A stretch of 64,000 bases of DNA from Felis catus (lineage: Eukaryota): assembly GCF_018350175.1 (NCBI RefSeq), contig NC_058373.1, positions 111,912,001 through 111,976,000 on the forward strand, in the 5' to 3' direction. Each line of letters starts with the position of its first letter. Within the stretch, counting starts at the first letter, position 1. Of the stretch, positions 25,268-38,460 are shown piece by piece. The notes under the pieces were generated by a model, which ran no database searches, was not told the DNA's origin, and worked only from the letters and a program-made list of their open reading frames with translations. A program made the translations under genes and the position numbers.

Positions 25268-28173
25268 TGTTTCATGTATTCTTAAGCAGCTTGGATCAGC
25301 TGGGTGCGGTTTTCTGCCTTCACCCAATATTTCTCCTGTATGAAACCACCCATAGCCAAACAAAATTTGTGTTAGGCTCAAATTGTTCCTTAATATACCA
25401 ATCATATTTGAACAAGTTTACATTTTCAAAACAAGCATTATGGCAGAACTGACTGTACATAGATATGCCCCCCCCCCCCCGCCCATTAATTCCTTAGGTC
25501 TGTCCACTGAAAGGACTAAAAACAGTGACTAATATTGTAGCAAATTAGCAATGAGTATCACTGGCACCATATCCCAGTCTAAGAAATCAGGGCTTCTTGG
25601 AGGAAGGGCTGGTTTTGGGTCTGGGGCAGGTGTATAAGCTGAACCTCATCATCCTGAATAGCAAGAAAGGTATCAAAGACTACTGGCACCATGCCCAAAG
25701 GTTTCAGGAGCCAACTGAAGAAACTCCCACTTGCCAAAGATGGCAAGTTTGTATTTCAATAGGATAATAATTGTAGAAATATATTTGAATCCATCAAATA
25801 TGTTTAAAGCCATAGTTTCTAGTGATTTTTTCTAGTGAAAAAAATTTAATTGATCACTAGTGAAGGATGAGAAGAATTTACTCATTATCTGGAAAACTGA
25901 TACATAAAGACAAAGAATCAAGCATTTGGCTTGCCTTTGTGAATGATACCACTGGGTAACCAAATTGTAGATGAGAGGAAACATCCTTTGTGGAAGTATC
26001 CAACAATAAATGAAAAAAGAAATGATAGAACATCACCGTTTTGCCACCCCAGTGAATGAGTGGATCCAGGCATTAGCCATCAACAGCTGCTAATATCACA
26101 AAAAGGGGACATGCAGACACGATGTGCCTCCTGATGAAAAACACACCACCATCTATAATCTTGCCAAAGGGATCAAACTTAAGCCTAATCAAGCCTTTGG
26201 ATCCTGCTACTAATTTGCAGGAAATACAGTCTCATTGGAACATATTAAACTGTTCCTTGAATATGCAATCAGCTAAATCCAGACTGTGGGAAACTTGACA
26301 GGTTAAAAGGCTCAGGATCTCAAACAGAAAATTTATAAATAATAAGAGGGAGTTTGTGGAATTTGTAGGTTAAAAATGATTTTAAAGACCTACCACAGTT
26401 TTAGAAATTGGCAGTACTAAATTATAGTGTTTTAAGGGATGCACTTTTTAGTGAGAAAGCTATCAGGAAACACAAGGAAGTGGTTGCTGGAAGAAACAGG
26501 AGAGTCAGTAATTAAGCTAAGCTAGAGAAAATAACAGAAACTGTTCCCTGTGCAGCTGGGGGTATGGATTGAGCCTCATGTTCAGTATATGTCTCTATGG
26601 CTGTGTTTTCCCTAATCAGCCTTGTCTCAGATGGTGCATAGGTTTGCCTCTCTAGCTGGACTGGTGTCCCCTGTGGTAGCAGCCATGGGGCTTCCCACCC
26701 GACAGGGCCTGAGTGGTCCTCTCCAGGATGAGCCCTTGCCATCCTCCTGTGGTCTGAGACAGTTTCCTGGGAGGAGCAGAGCCACCACTTGATCCTGAGA
26801 TCTCCTCTCTAAGGTTGCAAATTCAGCCTTTGCTTTTTTCCTCCCTCCATCCAGGAAAACAGAAAGGAAAAACAAATGCTGGGCCTGTCCGAACCATTCT
26901 CCTCACCATCCCTGCAAGAGCCCGTGAGTCCTATTTGGCTGTTTCAGGACAAGCCAATTATATCATGACTGTTAATCAGAGTAATGAAGGGAGAAGGAAA
27001 CTGAGAAAAAGGAAGGAGGGAAGGAACACAGCAGAGGCAGTCATGGAAGACCATGAGTGCTGCCCCCCTCCCTGCTCTGATGTTTTATTCAAGCTATTTG
27101 CAAACGAGCCAGTGGAAACAGCATTAACAATAAATGAGGTGCAGGAGGCTGTGGAAGGGAGGGAGGGAGGTTTGAGTGCAGCTCCTCACCAGCCAGGCTC
27201 AGGGACACCCTGTATTACCCACCAATATGGGCCCTTCTTCCTTCTCAGGTGGCTTTATCTGTTCACCCACCTGTACGCAGGCCTTCTGAAGAGAGTTATG
27301 TCCCATTTAGCAAATAATATGAAGAAGTTCAGAGATTTTTCTAGCACACAAGAGCCAACCTAAAAGGCAAAGCCAATATGTCATTGCCTTGAGGGCGGGA
27401 AACCTTTACTCTTGGTCTCAGCATAGCATTGAAGTTGTCACAGCCCAAAGGATCTGTTCAGTAATTGCTCCACTTGATTAAAGCAGCTAATACTTGATTT
27501 GTGCTTTACAATTAACCCAGCACTTTGGCATGCATTGTCAAGTGTTTCTGTAATAACCCTGTAAAGTAGCGGTACGACCAATTGTATAAATAAAGAAACT
27601 GAGCAAGGTTCCTCAGGGCCCAAAAACCCCCACTTTAAAGAATTCAGGTGTTTTCATCATCCTTTCCCTCAGGAAGATTTCCATGAGCTCAAATCCTCCC
27701 ATCTCCTAACTTATCTAGACTTGTGTAATCCCTTCCTTCTGTCCAACAAATGTGTACCGAGCATCTCTGTGGGCCAGGCGTTGAGCAGGCAGGGAAAAGG
27801 AGGTCCCAATGGCTGAACAGTCCTGCTGTTTTATTCTATAGGCTCTTAGGCTACCCATCTTCCTCTTGATATGGATTCTGATTCTACTATGATTAGTACG
27901 TCCTGTTAAACAAAATAACAATAGCCATCATTCATTATGCACTAAGAGCCAAGCACTGTGGTAAACAGTTTACAAATTCTTTTTCATTTAAACACGTAAG
28001 CCCAGAGCTCCTGCTTTTAAATGAAATGCTATAACACATAATCTTCTCTTCCAAAGGAGAAAATTTTACTTTTCCATATTAACTCCCTAACCTTGTATAG
28101 TCTCAGTGAGACCCACCTCCCAGTAGAGAGACACTATCCATCTGTCTGACCTGGAAGCGTGATTCTTCCACTG

Positions 28174-28232
28174 CAGACATACCCCATTTCATTGTGCTTT
28201 GCTTTATTGTGCTTCATAGATATTGTGGGGTG

Positions 28233-28264
<32 letters not shown>

Positions 28265-28401
28265 TCAGTTGAAGGCTTGCACAGCAACCCTGCATCAAGC
28301 AAGTTTATCGGCACCATTTCTAACAGCATTTGTCACTCTGTGTCTCTGTGTCACATTTTGGTAATTCTCACACTTCAAACTTTTCATTATTATTATATTT
28401 G

Positions 28402-28446
<45 letters not shown>

Positions 28447-28691
28447 CAGTAAGAATCACTTATTGAAAGCTCAGATGATGATTAGCATTTTTTAGCAAAA
28501 TATTTTTAATTGAGGTATATACATTATTTTTCTAGACAATGTTGCACAGCTTTAATCGACTACAGTATAGTGTAAATATAACTTTTATATGCACTGGGAA
28601 ACCAAAAAGTCCATTTAATTCACTTTATTGAAATATTTGCTTTATAGTGGTGGCCTGGAACCAAACCCGTGATATATCCCAGGTGTGTCTG
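28174..28691 (+). mobile_element. Tigger1-derived internally deleted element (about 520 bp)
   Basis: Inverted ends CAGACATACC...AGGTGTGTCTG followed by TA; both Tigger1 terminal regions are recognisable (TTATTGTGCTTCATAGATATTGTG; GTGGCCTGGAACCAAACCCGTGATAT). Confidence 0.9.
28403..28440. repeat. (TA)19 microsatellite
   Basis: Directly visible inside the Tigger1 derivative. Confidence 0.95.
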
Positions 28692-29138
28692 TATATCTTT
28701 TACACCGTATTTCCTCTTTAAACCCATCAGCACTCTGAGTAAGGGGCTTTTCAGCAAAGGGGGATAAAGGAAGGCCAGGTTTCCTTCTGGGATAAAAGCC
28801 TCCCTTGGCATGCAGACATTGGATTCCTGTTGGCTAGACCAATGAGACCTTGGAAACTTCCGTTAGAATGAGGTACCCCCTCTTTCTAAGGTCATCCAAA
28901 ACATCCCCTAATATCCCAAGAAGGCATAAAGGGAGGAAGAGATCTCTATCAAAGAGGACCAAGGCTCAAGAAAGTGATGGCTTACCTGAGCCTTGCTTCT
29001 GAGTATGTGGTCCTCACTGTGGCAGCCTGGGCACCAAGCTCCAGTCCAACCTACTCAATCTGAGTCTAGTCTTCAACAACCACATCATTGGAATACACAT
29101 GAAAATTTGCATATGAGGGGAGACAGTGTAGTGTGGCA

Positions 29139-29328
29139 CAGTGGTTCCCAAGGTGTGGTCCCCACAGACCAACAGCATTGGCCTCACCTGGAAACTTGTT
29201 AGAAATGCAGATTCTTGGGCACCACCCTAGACTAACTGAATCAGGAATTTTGACAGTGGGGTCCAGCTATCTGTGTTTACTATGCCTTCCAAGTAATTCT
29301 GATGCATGCTCAAGTTTGAGAACCATTG
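29139..29328. mobile_element. MER5A hAT MITE
   Basis: CAGTGGTTCCCAAGGTGTGGTCCC...CACCTGGAAACTTGTTAGAAATGCAGATTCT...AAGTTTGAGAACCATTG with TIRs. Confidence 0.92.
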
Positions 29329-29959
29329 GTTTAGACAATTCCCTCATCCAGCCCTGGCTCCTTTCCTTCTTATACATCACTTAGGCTGCAATCTTGGCTG
29401 ACACTTGGGGAATGGAAGGAAAGGCTTGTGTGCTTGGTTTTCCCTTTGCCATTTTATTACCCTGGGGATGGTTCTGAAAACTCAAACTTCTGAACAAAAC
29501 CTTTTTTGCTTGTACTTTAATCCATCATTTGCATTGCCAATAATGTGGGAGGAAAGAAGTTCCTGGATACCAACTGGCTTTTAAGTGCTTTATTGTATCT
29601 TCTCAGAAGCAGGCTTGGAAGTGGAAGGCTCAGGTTTCCCAGGCCAAGAATAAGTGAGGCCTTGAGGTCACAAGGAGGAGGGGCTCTTATGGTCACAGGC
29701 TGGGGGTGTGTATGGGCATGGACACAACAACACTGGCACAAGACGGAGCCAGATTGGGGGAGTGTCTACAGACTGAAGAGACAAGAGGATATGAATATCC
29801 CCCAAGTCAGAGAATTGCTGGCTGTCAGAGAACAATCTAGTTTACCCCCTAACTCTGATTGGCACCTTGTCTACATCTCTCCAGACCCTGGACCTACATT
29901 TCTTTGGTCTGGGGAGGTGCTGACACCACTAGCTGATATTAAAGGAAAGAGCATGATAA

Positions 29960-30740
29960 CATCCATTAATTTTTTTCAGCAAGTCTTGTTTCAGATTGCC
30001 CCATGTGCCAGGCACAATGCCAAGTAAACAAAGACAGACACCATTCCCAGTTTCACAAGATGTACATTCTAGTGGAGGAAACGGGCACCTATCTCTCAGT
30101 TAAGTTTATAATTACAGCCTGTGAGCATGGCAGGGGAGTGTGTAACAGGGACCTGCCAAGTCTCAGGTAAAGGAAGGCTTCCCTGGGGATGGGGCTGTTT
30201 GAGGCAGGGTCTAAAGGTGTTTACTAGGCAAAGGTCAGTGTTGTGGTGGTGAGAACAGTACAGGCAAAGGCACAGGGACATAAGCCGAAATGGAACATGG
30301 CAAGTTTGAGGCTCAGAAAGAAGACCCAAGGAAGGGACCCAGACCATGGCAGAGGGAGGCACGTATCAGATGACACAGGAGGGACCCTGCAGGTTATGTA
30401 GCTTGGCAGGTTTATAAAGCTTTTGGTCTTTATCCTCAAAGCAATGGGGAGTCTTTGAAGGATTTCAAGCAGAAAGGTATCAGGGACAGAATCACAAGTC
30501 GTAACCCTCACTCCGGCTGTGCCATGGAGAGGGGAGTGCAGATGGCAGGAGGGTACACCAGTTATGAAGCCAGTAGAGTGGTCCAGGGGGTTCTGCTGAG
30601 TGCTGGTGGTGGGAGTGAGGAGAACACAGAGTACAGAGACGTAGATGAAATACACAGTCCTTGGGCATGGATAGCGAGCGCATGTGGTCAGAGCCGGAAA
30701 AAGCATCAAGGTGTCTCTTAGGTCACTAGATAAGGGCTGC
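29960..30740 (-). mobile_element. L2 LINE fragment
   Basis: ATGTGCCAGGCACAATGCCAAG, CTTTTGGTCTTTATCCTCAAAGCAATGGGGAGTCTTTGAAGGATTTCAAGCAG. Confidence 0.75.
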
Positions 30741-31539
30741 ATGTGGTGTGGGAACTGGATTGGGAATGAGGTAGAGTGGATCAGCTACAACTGCAGAAGT
30801 GATGTACCCAGAAAGGACAAGTGATATAACTGAAACAGTCTTCAGTGAATAAAACTCACCTAGTGTTTAATTAAAGCAGGTGTCCAAACTTCTCTCGGGT
30901 ATTCTTGGTGATCTCATGTATTGATCAGGGTCCCTTCCTCCTAATGGGATCTCTGGGCTTTGTTCACTCATACCTCTGCTGTGGGTGGAAGGAGAAGAGA
31001 AGGGATGGGGTGGGGCACCAGGTCACTTTGTCATGTGTATCTGGTGGAGAGATGGGCACCTATCTACTTGCAGTGCCTGTTTATTGTGACTATTTAGCTT
31101 ACAGAACAGCAATCCGCTCCCTGAAGGGGAGAGTTGCCTAGAAATGCAATAATTTACATCTGTGGCAACTTTTTGCAACCATCTCTCAATGAATTAGTCA
31201 AACCATCAAGGCATCAAAATTGGTTCTTGTGATCCTTTCATCTTCCAGGTTGTTTGCCTTTAAAGTTTAAAATGGAATTGAAGAGCATTTATAGCAATGA
31301 GACATTTCTGTGAGCCTAGGGGAAGGGGTATTTGATAACTAAACACTAGAGAATTACAGAAAATGAACCCAGCTATTGAGGGGTTTTTTAGGCAGGTTTG
31401 CAATGACTTGTACTGGCTCTTGGAAAAGCGTGTGGGCAGCAGGCACCACTGGGCTTGGAGATTGTGTGTGCATATGATAAAATTTTAACAGTACATTTGA
31501 TCTGTTTCAGGATGAAGACTCCAGATAGATTTAGGTTTC

Positions 31540-31972
31540 TGCATTAGTCTGGATTGGGTTGGGGCAGGGATCAAACAGTACACTCAGAAGAGATGACTAA
31601 AGAGAAGTTAATAAAGGACTAAAGGAGGCCAACCCAGGGTTAGGGAAGCACCCAGGCTATCTGGAAAGCTCTAACACCCCAAGGCATGAGAGGGGAAGAA
31701 GAGAGAGTGGTTAGTTTTTCCTATAGCTGTAGGACTACCCTGAGTCTTCAGAGAAATGAAGCTGCTGCCAGCCACAGCCCAGCAGGCAGGGAGCCTGGGG
31801 AATAAATCCATAAACCTCTCTTCTTGCAGGTGCTTCTCATCAGTTCATCCAAATCAGAAACCAATGAAGAAGGAACTGCGACTCAGTTCGCACAGGCAGT
31901 CTCCCCGGGCACAAGGCAGGGCCAGAAAGGTGGAGAATGGATGAGCAGGGACAACAGAGACAGCCCAGCACG
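31540..31972 (-). mobile_element. LTR33-like ERVL LTR
   Basis: GGCAGTCTCCCCGGGCACAAGGCAGGGCCAGAAAGGTGGAGAATGGAT...CAGCCCAGCAC resembles the reverse 5' end of LTR33. Confidence 0.65.
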
Positions 31973-32839
31973 TGAGCTGAGAGGCTGAGTCAGATTTGCG
32001 AATTTGTGTGGTTCAATATATTTATCAAAATCTATGAATTTCACCACCAAATCTCTTCTGGGTTCATGATGATATAGTTAATCCCACCTTGGATGGTATT
32101 AAACCAAGAAACAACAGAAAACACCTGCTAGCCCAGGATGTACCTGGGGTGAGGTGGGGTGGGAACTGTACTGAATAGCACTGCCTGTTGTTTCCTCAGT
32201 TTCCCCTCTGAAGAAGACAGGGCTTGCATTATTGATGGAATCAAAAGGATAAGTTTGGGGATTGCATGTTTCCATCCTGCTTGCTGTTTGTCCAGTAAAT
32301 CACATTTCCTCTGTAGAGCTTGAGATTTCATCTCAAGTGTGTGGACCAGACATAAGCAGACATCAAAGCTGCCCTTGGAGAAAACCCTCTGTGATCCTGG
32401 CTAACTTTGATCAGTTCTTCCCCAAATGCAGTCATAACACACAGACTATACCAGGACACTTTCCCCTGGGCCCTGTTTTATTTCCCACCATGTAGCACAC
32501 TTGCAACAGACTTTGCTCCTCATCTTTTCCCTGACTAGACATATTTTCTCTTCACTGGCACTTGCTAGTTTTAGAGCAGTTAAAATGTTCCCTTTGGTGA
32601 GTCAGGGAACCCTTGAGGGTCCCAATATAGGGAGGCACACTCACTCAGACACTGTCCTCTGCTGGAAACTGTTGGGATTGCTCAAGCCTTCAGTGAGGAT
32701 TGTGTGACAGTTCTGCGGTGTCAGGGTCTAAACCTCCCACCTGGGTTGGGCAGCTACACCTGCTATGTAGGTAATGCCTTACATACCTAGAATATTCTTC
32801 TCATGAAGAACCTAGATGCAAAGAAATATTTTAATATGA

Positions 32840-34180
32840 TGCAGGAAGATGTTTTTCATGACTTGGTATAGAAAAGGAAACAAGGTACAAAAACACATGA
32901 AAGACTGAAAAATTTGACTACCTCAAGAATATGAACTTCTGTATGACAGAAGACACCATAAACAAAATTCAAGAAAAAAAAGGAGAAAATACTTACAGCA
33001 AAGGATCAGTATCCAGAATATATAAAGAACATCTACAGATCAAATAAAAACAAAATAATCCAATACAAAATTCTAAAGATATAAAATTCTAATTCACAGA
33101 AATATAAATGCAAAATATAAGTGTAAAATTTATGAAATAAAAAAGTAAAATATAAATAAAAAGGAAATATGAATGGCTCCAAAATGTGTGACCAAAATGC
33201 TCCATATTGGTAAATTAGAAAAATGGAAATTCAAACATGAGGGAATTTTTTTTTCTTACCTACTAAATTGGAAAAAGTTAAAAAGGAAAAAAAAATTTTT
33301 CCATGCTGTATCAGTGGGATTGTAAGCTGGTATGATCATTTTGCAGAGTAATTTGGCAGTATCTATTAAAGTGAAAAACGTTCAAGGTGCCTGGGTGGCT
33401 CAGTCAGTTAAGTGTCCAACTTCAGCTCATGTCATGATCTCACGGGTTCGTGAGTTCCAGCCCAGCATCTGGCTCTCTGCTGTCAGCGCAGAGATCACTT
33501 CAGACCCTCTGTGTCCCTCTCTCTCTGTCCCTCCCGCACTCGCACACTCTCTCTGTCTCTCTCAAAAATAAATAAACATTTTTTTAAAGTTAAAAATGTT
33601 CATACGCTATGAGTCAGTGATTCAGTTTCTCCATATCTCCCCCAGAAAAACAATTATCCATGTACTCAGAACGCAGGTCCAAGAATTTTGTGGCAACTTT
33701 GTTTGCAATAGCAACAAGTCCATGGTCCAAAATGACCATCAAAATGGGATTGGCTAAATAAAGTGTAGTTTATTCATACCACACACACGCACACACCTGT
33801 ATAGCAGTTTTTAAAAAATGTACTATATGTACTGACATGGAAGGATCTTCAAGACCTATTGTGGTATGAATAAAAATCAAGCTGTAATACGACACTTAAT
33901 ATGATAACATATATAAACACACTCATGCACATTAAATGATATTATATTTTTTTCTATGGGTATAGATACCACAGGTGGTTTGATGCATAGTAAGTGTATA
34001 GAAGATGACACATCAAACTGATGGCGTGAGTCTTTCCTGGGGTGGAGGTGAGGGCTAGACATGGTGTTCAAAGAAGACATCAGCCTTACCTGTAAAGTTT
34101 AAGGTTTTTAAAAAGAGAATATATTTCTGTAATACTTGTATAATTAAAATTAATGAAATCTATTCTTATACTAAAAAGAA
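32840..34180 (+). mobile_element. L1ME-type 3' fragment
   Basis: AAAGGATCAGTATCCAGAATATATAAAGAACATCTACAGATCAA, TTTTGCAGAGTAATTTGGCAGTATCTATTAAA, TGTACTGACATGGAAGGATCTTCAAGAC. Confidence 0.8.
33385..33585 (+). mobile_element. Can-SINE inside L1ME
   Basis: Degenerate TSD AAAGTGAAAAACGTTCA (33368-33384) / AAAGTTAAAAATGTTCA (33586-33602). Confidence 0.93.
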
Positions 34181-36215
34181 GAAAACCTTTCTTAATCTTT
34201 GTTCATAAAACTCCTGGAAGAGCCAGGGAATCTGAGCTATAAGCAAAATGGTGCCTTGGGTGATTTGCCAGGAAACCTGCTAAGTGGAAGGCACTGTGGT
34301 TGTCATGGAGATGGCTATCCTTACCACAAACCATCCTATGCTCTAGCCACATGTCAGCTTCTCCCATTCAGTGTCATGCTTTTAAATCTCGGTTTAAAAA
34401 CTCAACTGTAATAATGCAATCCCTATCACTTACTAAAATGTAACATCTTATTTAATCCTTTATCTTCTCCCTCTCTCTGTCTCTCTGTCTTACTCCAGCT
34501 GAGGTTATGTACTTTTAGAGATGTTAAATAGCCTGTCCCAGGTCTGCTGACCAATATGTGGTAGAGTCTGTCCTAACCCCAGGGGCTATACTTTCAATAA
34601 TGTAAACTGTGTTACAAAGTCACAAACATCTTTGTAGTTTTGTTAAATTCAGAATATCAACTTCCTGTCAGGAGTTTTCCTGGGTTTCTCTGCCACTTAG
34701 GTCATGGCCACCTGCTGCATTGCTTTGTGACAAAATGACAGCTGGTTCATTCTGGGAGAAAAATCTACCATAGCATGAGGTGTTATTCAAGCCAGTGCAA
34801 CGAAGAAGCTCAAAGACAACTACATACTAAAGGAATTACTGAGAGATTAGGAGTAATCCTCAATTGCAAGACTACGTCAAATATGTTTTAAGTTAATTTT
34901 AGGAACAAAACTAATCAATATTAGCAGAGGTTAAAGTCTGACAATAACGTAAGCCTTGCAAGATTCTCCTAGGATACAATGTGCTCCCTCCTCTAAATTC
35001 TGGAAATTTTTTTATATCAAAATTAAAGGTTTTCCAGTGCTTCCAGGCCTGCTCTCACAGCTGAACCATTCCTGTCAGGCAAAGAACACAACTGAACAAC
35101 ATCCAAGGTTACAGAGGCGTGCCTCTGGCCAGAGGTCCCCACAGCAGGCACCCTGCTGGAGATCTCCTTTGGAGAGGAGGCAGGCTTTTGCTGTGGAGAG
35201 AAGGGCTTTTGAGAGATGTTTTGGGAATAACTTCTGAGTGGAGGGGGCAGTGGGTTTACAACCAGAGCTGTGATTCCTTCTCTTCCGATTTAAAAAAAAT
35301 AAATAAATTAATCCCTATTTGGATTCTTACTTGAGAACAGGTGTGTCTATGAATAATACATAGATGGGCAGGCCACACACAGATCTGAAGGCCCAGAAGC
35401 CTGAAAGTAAATGAGACCCAGAGTGTGAAGATTACACAGTAGATTTTAAGTAGCATCACGTAAGCAAGGAAAAACCTGGGAAAGCACAAAACACACTCTG
35501 CAAATAATAAGCACATCTAAGCCCCTGGCTATGTACGCAAGCACATCTCCTCTCAGATAATGGTAATTGCAAGTCGCTAGGTTCCCATTTGAGGAGAGGG
35601 GAGATAAATCAAGAAATGCAATCTAAAAAAAGATTGAAGCATTAGGGTTTTAATGAACGATGTTTCAGGGCAGAGAATTAAGGACATTTAAATCTTCCTT
35701 TCTGGGTTAGAACTCCTTCCTGCTCCTTAAACTCAGCAGGGATTGGCATAAGAGGAAAAATGGTTGGGGCAGCAGATGCAGGGTGGGGTGGGTGGCTGCA
35801 GAATTCCTGGGTCCATTCCAAGATTACACTCCTGGCCTCCGACAGCTCACCTCTGACTGGTCTGCCCACCGAGGCCAAGATGTGTGGTTTTCATTTGTTA
35901 AACATGACATAATGCCTTGACATCATATGGATTAGGGAGATTAAACTCCAGCAAAACCTTGTGATGCGGGATTTCTAACCAGCAGGGTCTCAGCCTAGAG
36001 CTCTCTGGGAGAAACAGGAAGAGGATCTTGAAAAATGTGCCCTCGGCCGGCCTGAAGAACATGAGGAAGGATCTCCGACTCTTTGATTTAGTCCTTTGAA
36101 GACCCACAGTGTTCCCAGATAAAAAGGAAGCCTTGATCATCACTGAGACTCCTCTTCTTTCCAGTAAGGAAGTACTGCTGGCCAAGAAGGGTAGTTTGAG
36201 ATCTCAACAGCTTTA

Positions 36216-36250
36216 ATGTGCATGCATGCATGCGTGCATGTGCGCGTGCG

Positions 36251-36296
<46 letters not shown>
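36216..36296. repeat. Alternating purine-pyrimidine tract ending in (CA)n
   Basis: ATGTGCATGCATGCATGCGTGCATGTGCGCGTGCGCACGCGCGCA(CA)n, uninterrupted RY alternation. Confidence 0.95.
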
Positions 36297-36299
<3 letters not shown>

Positions 36300-37619
36300 C
36301 ATATGCTTCTTATCAGCTCTGTTGTGCAAAGACTTTTCATAGGTAAAGGATTTGGGTTTTTATCTTGCCCAAATCCTTTCAGGTATTGTCTTGAGGTAGG
36401 ACAAGTTCCTTTAACCTTGCCTCATTTGAAAATGTAAGAAGAGAAATATTATCCCCTGTCCATCCTGAGCCCATAAGTAAAATGACCCCACATTTATGAG
36501 CAGAAGATATTTGGAGCTATAGCAGAAAGCAGATTAATACGGAACTGAAAACAGACAGATCCCTTAAAAGTCTGCCCACAGTGCAGAATTGGTAATAGAT
36601 GAACCTCTTTCCCATTACAGCAACAATACCACAAGGCAGGATTTGTTTGCAAGAGAATAGATTGGCAAACAAGCTGGGACTAGAAGGTGGCTCCCACCTT
36701 GCTCTACAGCCTGAGCATGGCTGAAGAGGAAGAGGAAACCAAGGTAGTGGCAGGCTCCCACAGGAAGCAGAACAAGGGGCTGCACAGAACACCCCAGCCT
36801 GTTCTCTCTCTCTCTCTCTCGATGGCTGGCCTTACAGGTGGAACCCCCCCCCCCCACCAGGTCATTCATGGTTAGAGCCAAGGAGGGTTGGGCTGGGTTG
36901 GGTTGGCAGGTAGCTTGCCCTTTATTCTCCCCCTGATGGAATCATTTGTCATGGTGACAGAGGCATTGGAGTGGAGGGATAAAGGGCACATTGACATCTG
37001 CGACCCAACTTTGTATTCTGGTTCCACTGTGTATGAGCTGTGTGACCTTAGACAAGGCAGAATACAGTGTGGCCAGAAGGCAGATGAGAGGAGGTGAGTG
37101 GTAGGAAGGAGCCCTAGAAAGGGCTGCAGAGCCTTAGGTACCAGAGATGGGGTGGCAGCTTTATTCTGGGGCACATACCATGGGTCCTTCCTGGGAAAAC
37201 CTCACCCTGGCTCCCAAGCCCCAGCTTGCCCATCTTTGTGAGTCACTTTCTAATACCTCTTTCCTGACTCTTCTCCGGGCCCTCCCACACACCCATTTAG
37301 CACTGCCTGAGGCAAGCCACCCGGTCACACAGACCTTTAATAGCGAGTGAAACAGTAGCAGGTGTCAGAGCTGAGAGAGGAAAAAAAAAAATCTCAATCC
37401 CCACTGGAGGGCGAAGATCATTTTCTTTCTGCATTTCCATTTAAAGGGAGAAGTGAAAAGCATGAAATCACATGCCAACAGGACGAGAGAGTTTAAACCA
37501 GAATAACCTTGACAGGAGCAGACACCAGCAGCTTCCAGGTCACAGTTCCCAAAACTGAACTCCTGGGGAGGAATGGAACATGCACACAGGGAAACATAGG
37601 CGGAAGTCACCCAGACTTC

Positions 37620-38460
37620 CAACCTAGGTGCCAACTCTCTACCCACTGGTCTGCTGGACCTTTCTACTTGGATGTGCCTCAGGCACTTAGGCTCACCCTG
37701 CCCCACACTCATCCTGTCATCTGTCTTCCAAATCTGCTCCTCCTTTGGGTCTCTTGTCACATGATGACTCCTACCCAAGCCAGAAGTCCAGGGGTCTCCC
37801 AGAACTGTTCTCTCCCTATTCCTCCTGCCTTCCTGAACCACCACCAGCTAATCAGCATCTCAGCCCAGCTAGTTCTGTCTCTGTCTCCTTCATGCACATG
37901 GCCTCTGTCTGACTCCATCATCTCGCATGGACTCTGAGGCAGCCTCCTGCCAACCCCCATGCCACTCTTTCTCTGATCTAGCCTGTATTTTTCTCCCAAG
38001 ATGACCTACCCCCTGAAATGCAAATCAAATGATGGAACTTCCCTTCCTAAATTCCTTGAGTGGTTTTCCTTTGCTATCAGGATAAATTCTAAACTCAGGC
38101 TAGTGTACGAGGCATTGCAAGCTTTGCCCCTATCTAGTGGTCCAACTTTATCTGCTTGTCTCCTTACCCACCCCCAACTCCATTCTCAACTCTTTCCCTC
38201 AGTGTTCCAGGCCCTTTCACACATCATGGCTCTTTGCCTTGTCTTCCTGACGAATTCTTGCCTGTCTCTCCAGATTCCGTGCAGGTGTCTCCCTGTGGAC
38301 CCTTCCCCCTATCACCTCACGCATGTCCTCTATCACACCAGTGGTTCTCAGGCACCTTTCTGCCTCCCCGACCGGTTCCCTGAGAGCAGGAACTCCATCT
38401 TGTTCATTTTAGATCCTCAGGCCCAGGACAGAACCTGACACAAAAGTCTGAACAGGGGTC
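37620..38460 (+). mobile_element. L2 LINE fragment
   Basis: TCTACTTGGATGTGCCTCAGGCACTTAGGCTCACCCTGCCC, GCTATCAGGATAAATTCTAAACTC, TTCCCTGAGAGCAGGAACTCCATCTTGTTCAT. Confidence 0.75.

Larger units (their letters stand above)
24250..25455 (-). mobile_element. Tigger (TcMar/pogo) DNA transposon remnant, Tigger10-like
   Basis: Right end reads TA-CAGTCAGTTCTGCCATAATGC on the minus strand (TIR plus TA target); internal transposase homology; left TIR eroded; subfamily from memory. Confidence 0.8.
24030..26500 (+). mobile_element. L1MC/MD-type 3' region split by a Tigger insertion
   Basis: CCTTGAGAACCAGGATTTTGGCATGGAGGAAAGGAGATACAGATGT before the insertion; TCTGTCCACTGAAAGGACTAAAAACAGTGAC...AGGGCTTCTTGGAGGAAGGGCTGG after it. 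Confidence 0.7.

Noticed and set aside
26815..27363. Longest ORF (182 aa)
   Set aside because: Non-ATG start, no recognisable domain and no splice context; length is compatible with chance in 64 kb of six-frame sequence.
29545..30742. 160-aa and 172-aa ORFs
   Set aside because: No recognisable homology; the second lies wholly in L2-derived sequence.
35960..36215. Protein-like plus-strand reading (ELSGRNRKRILKNVPSAGLKNMRKDLRLF...)
   Set aside because: Interrupted by a stop, no family recognised, and no poly-A or TSD to indicate a retrocopy.
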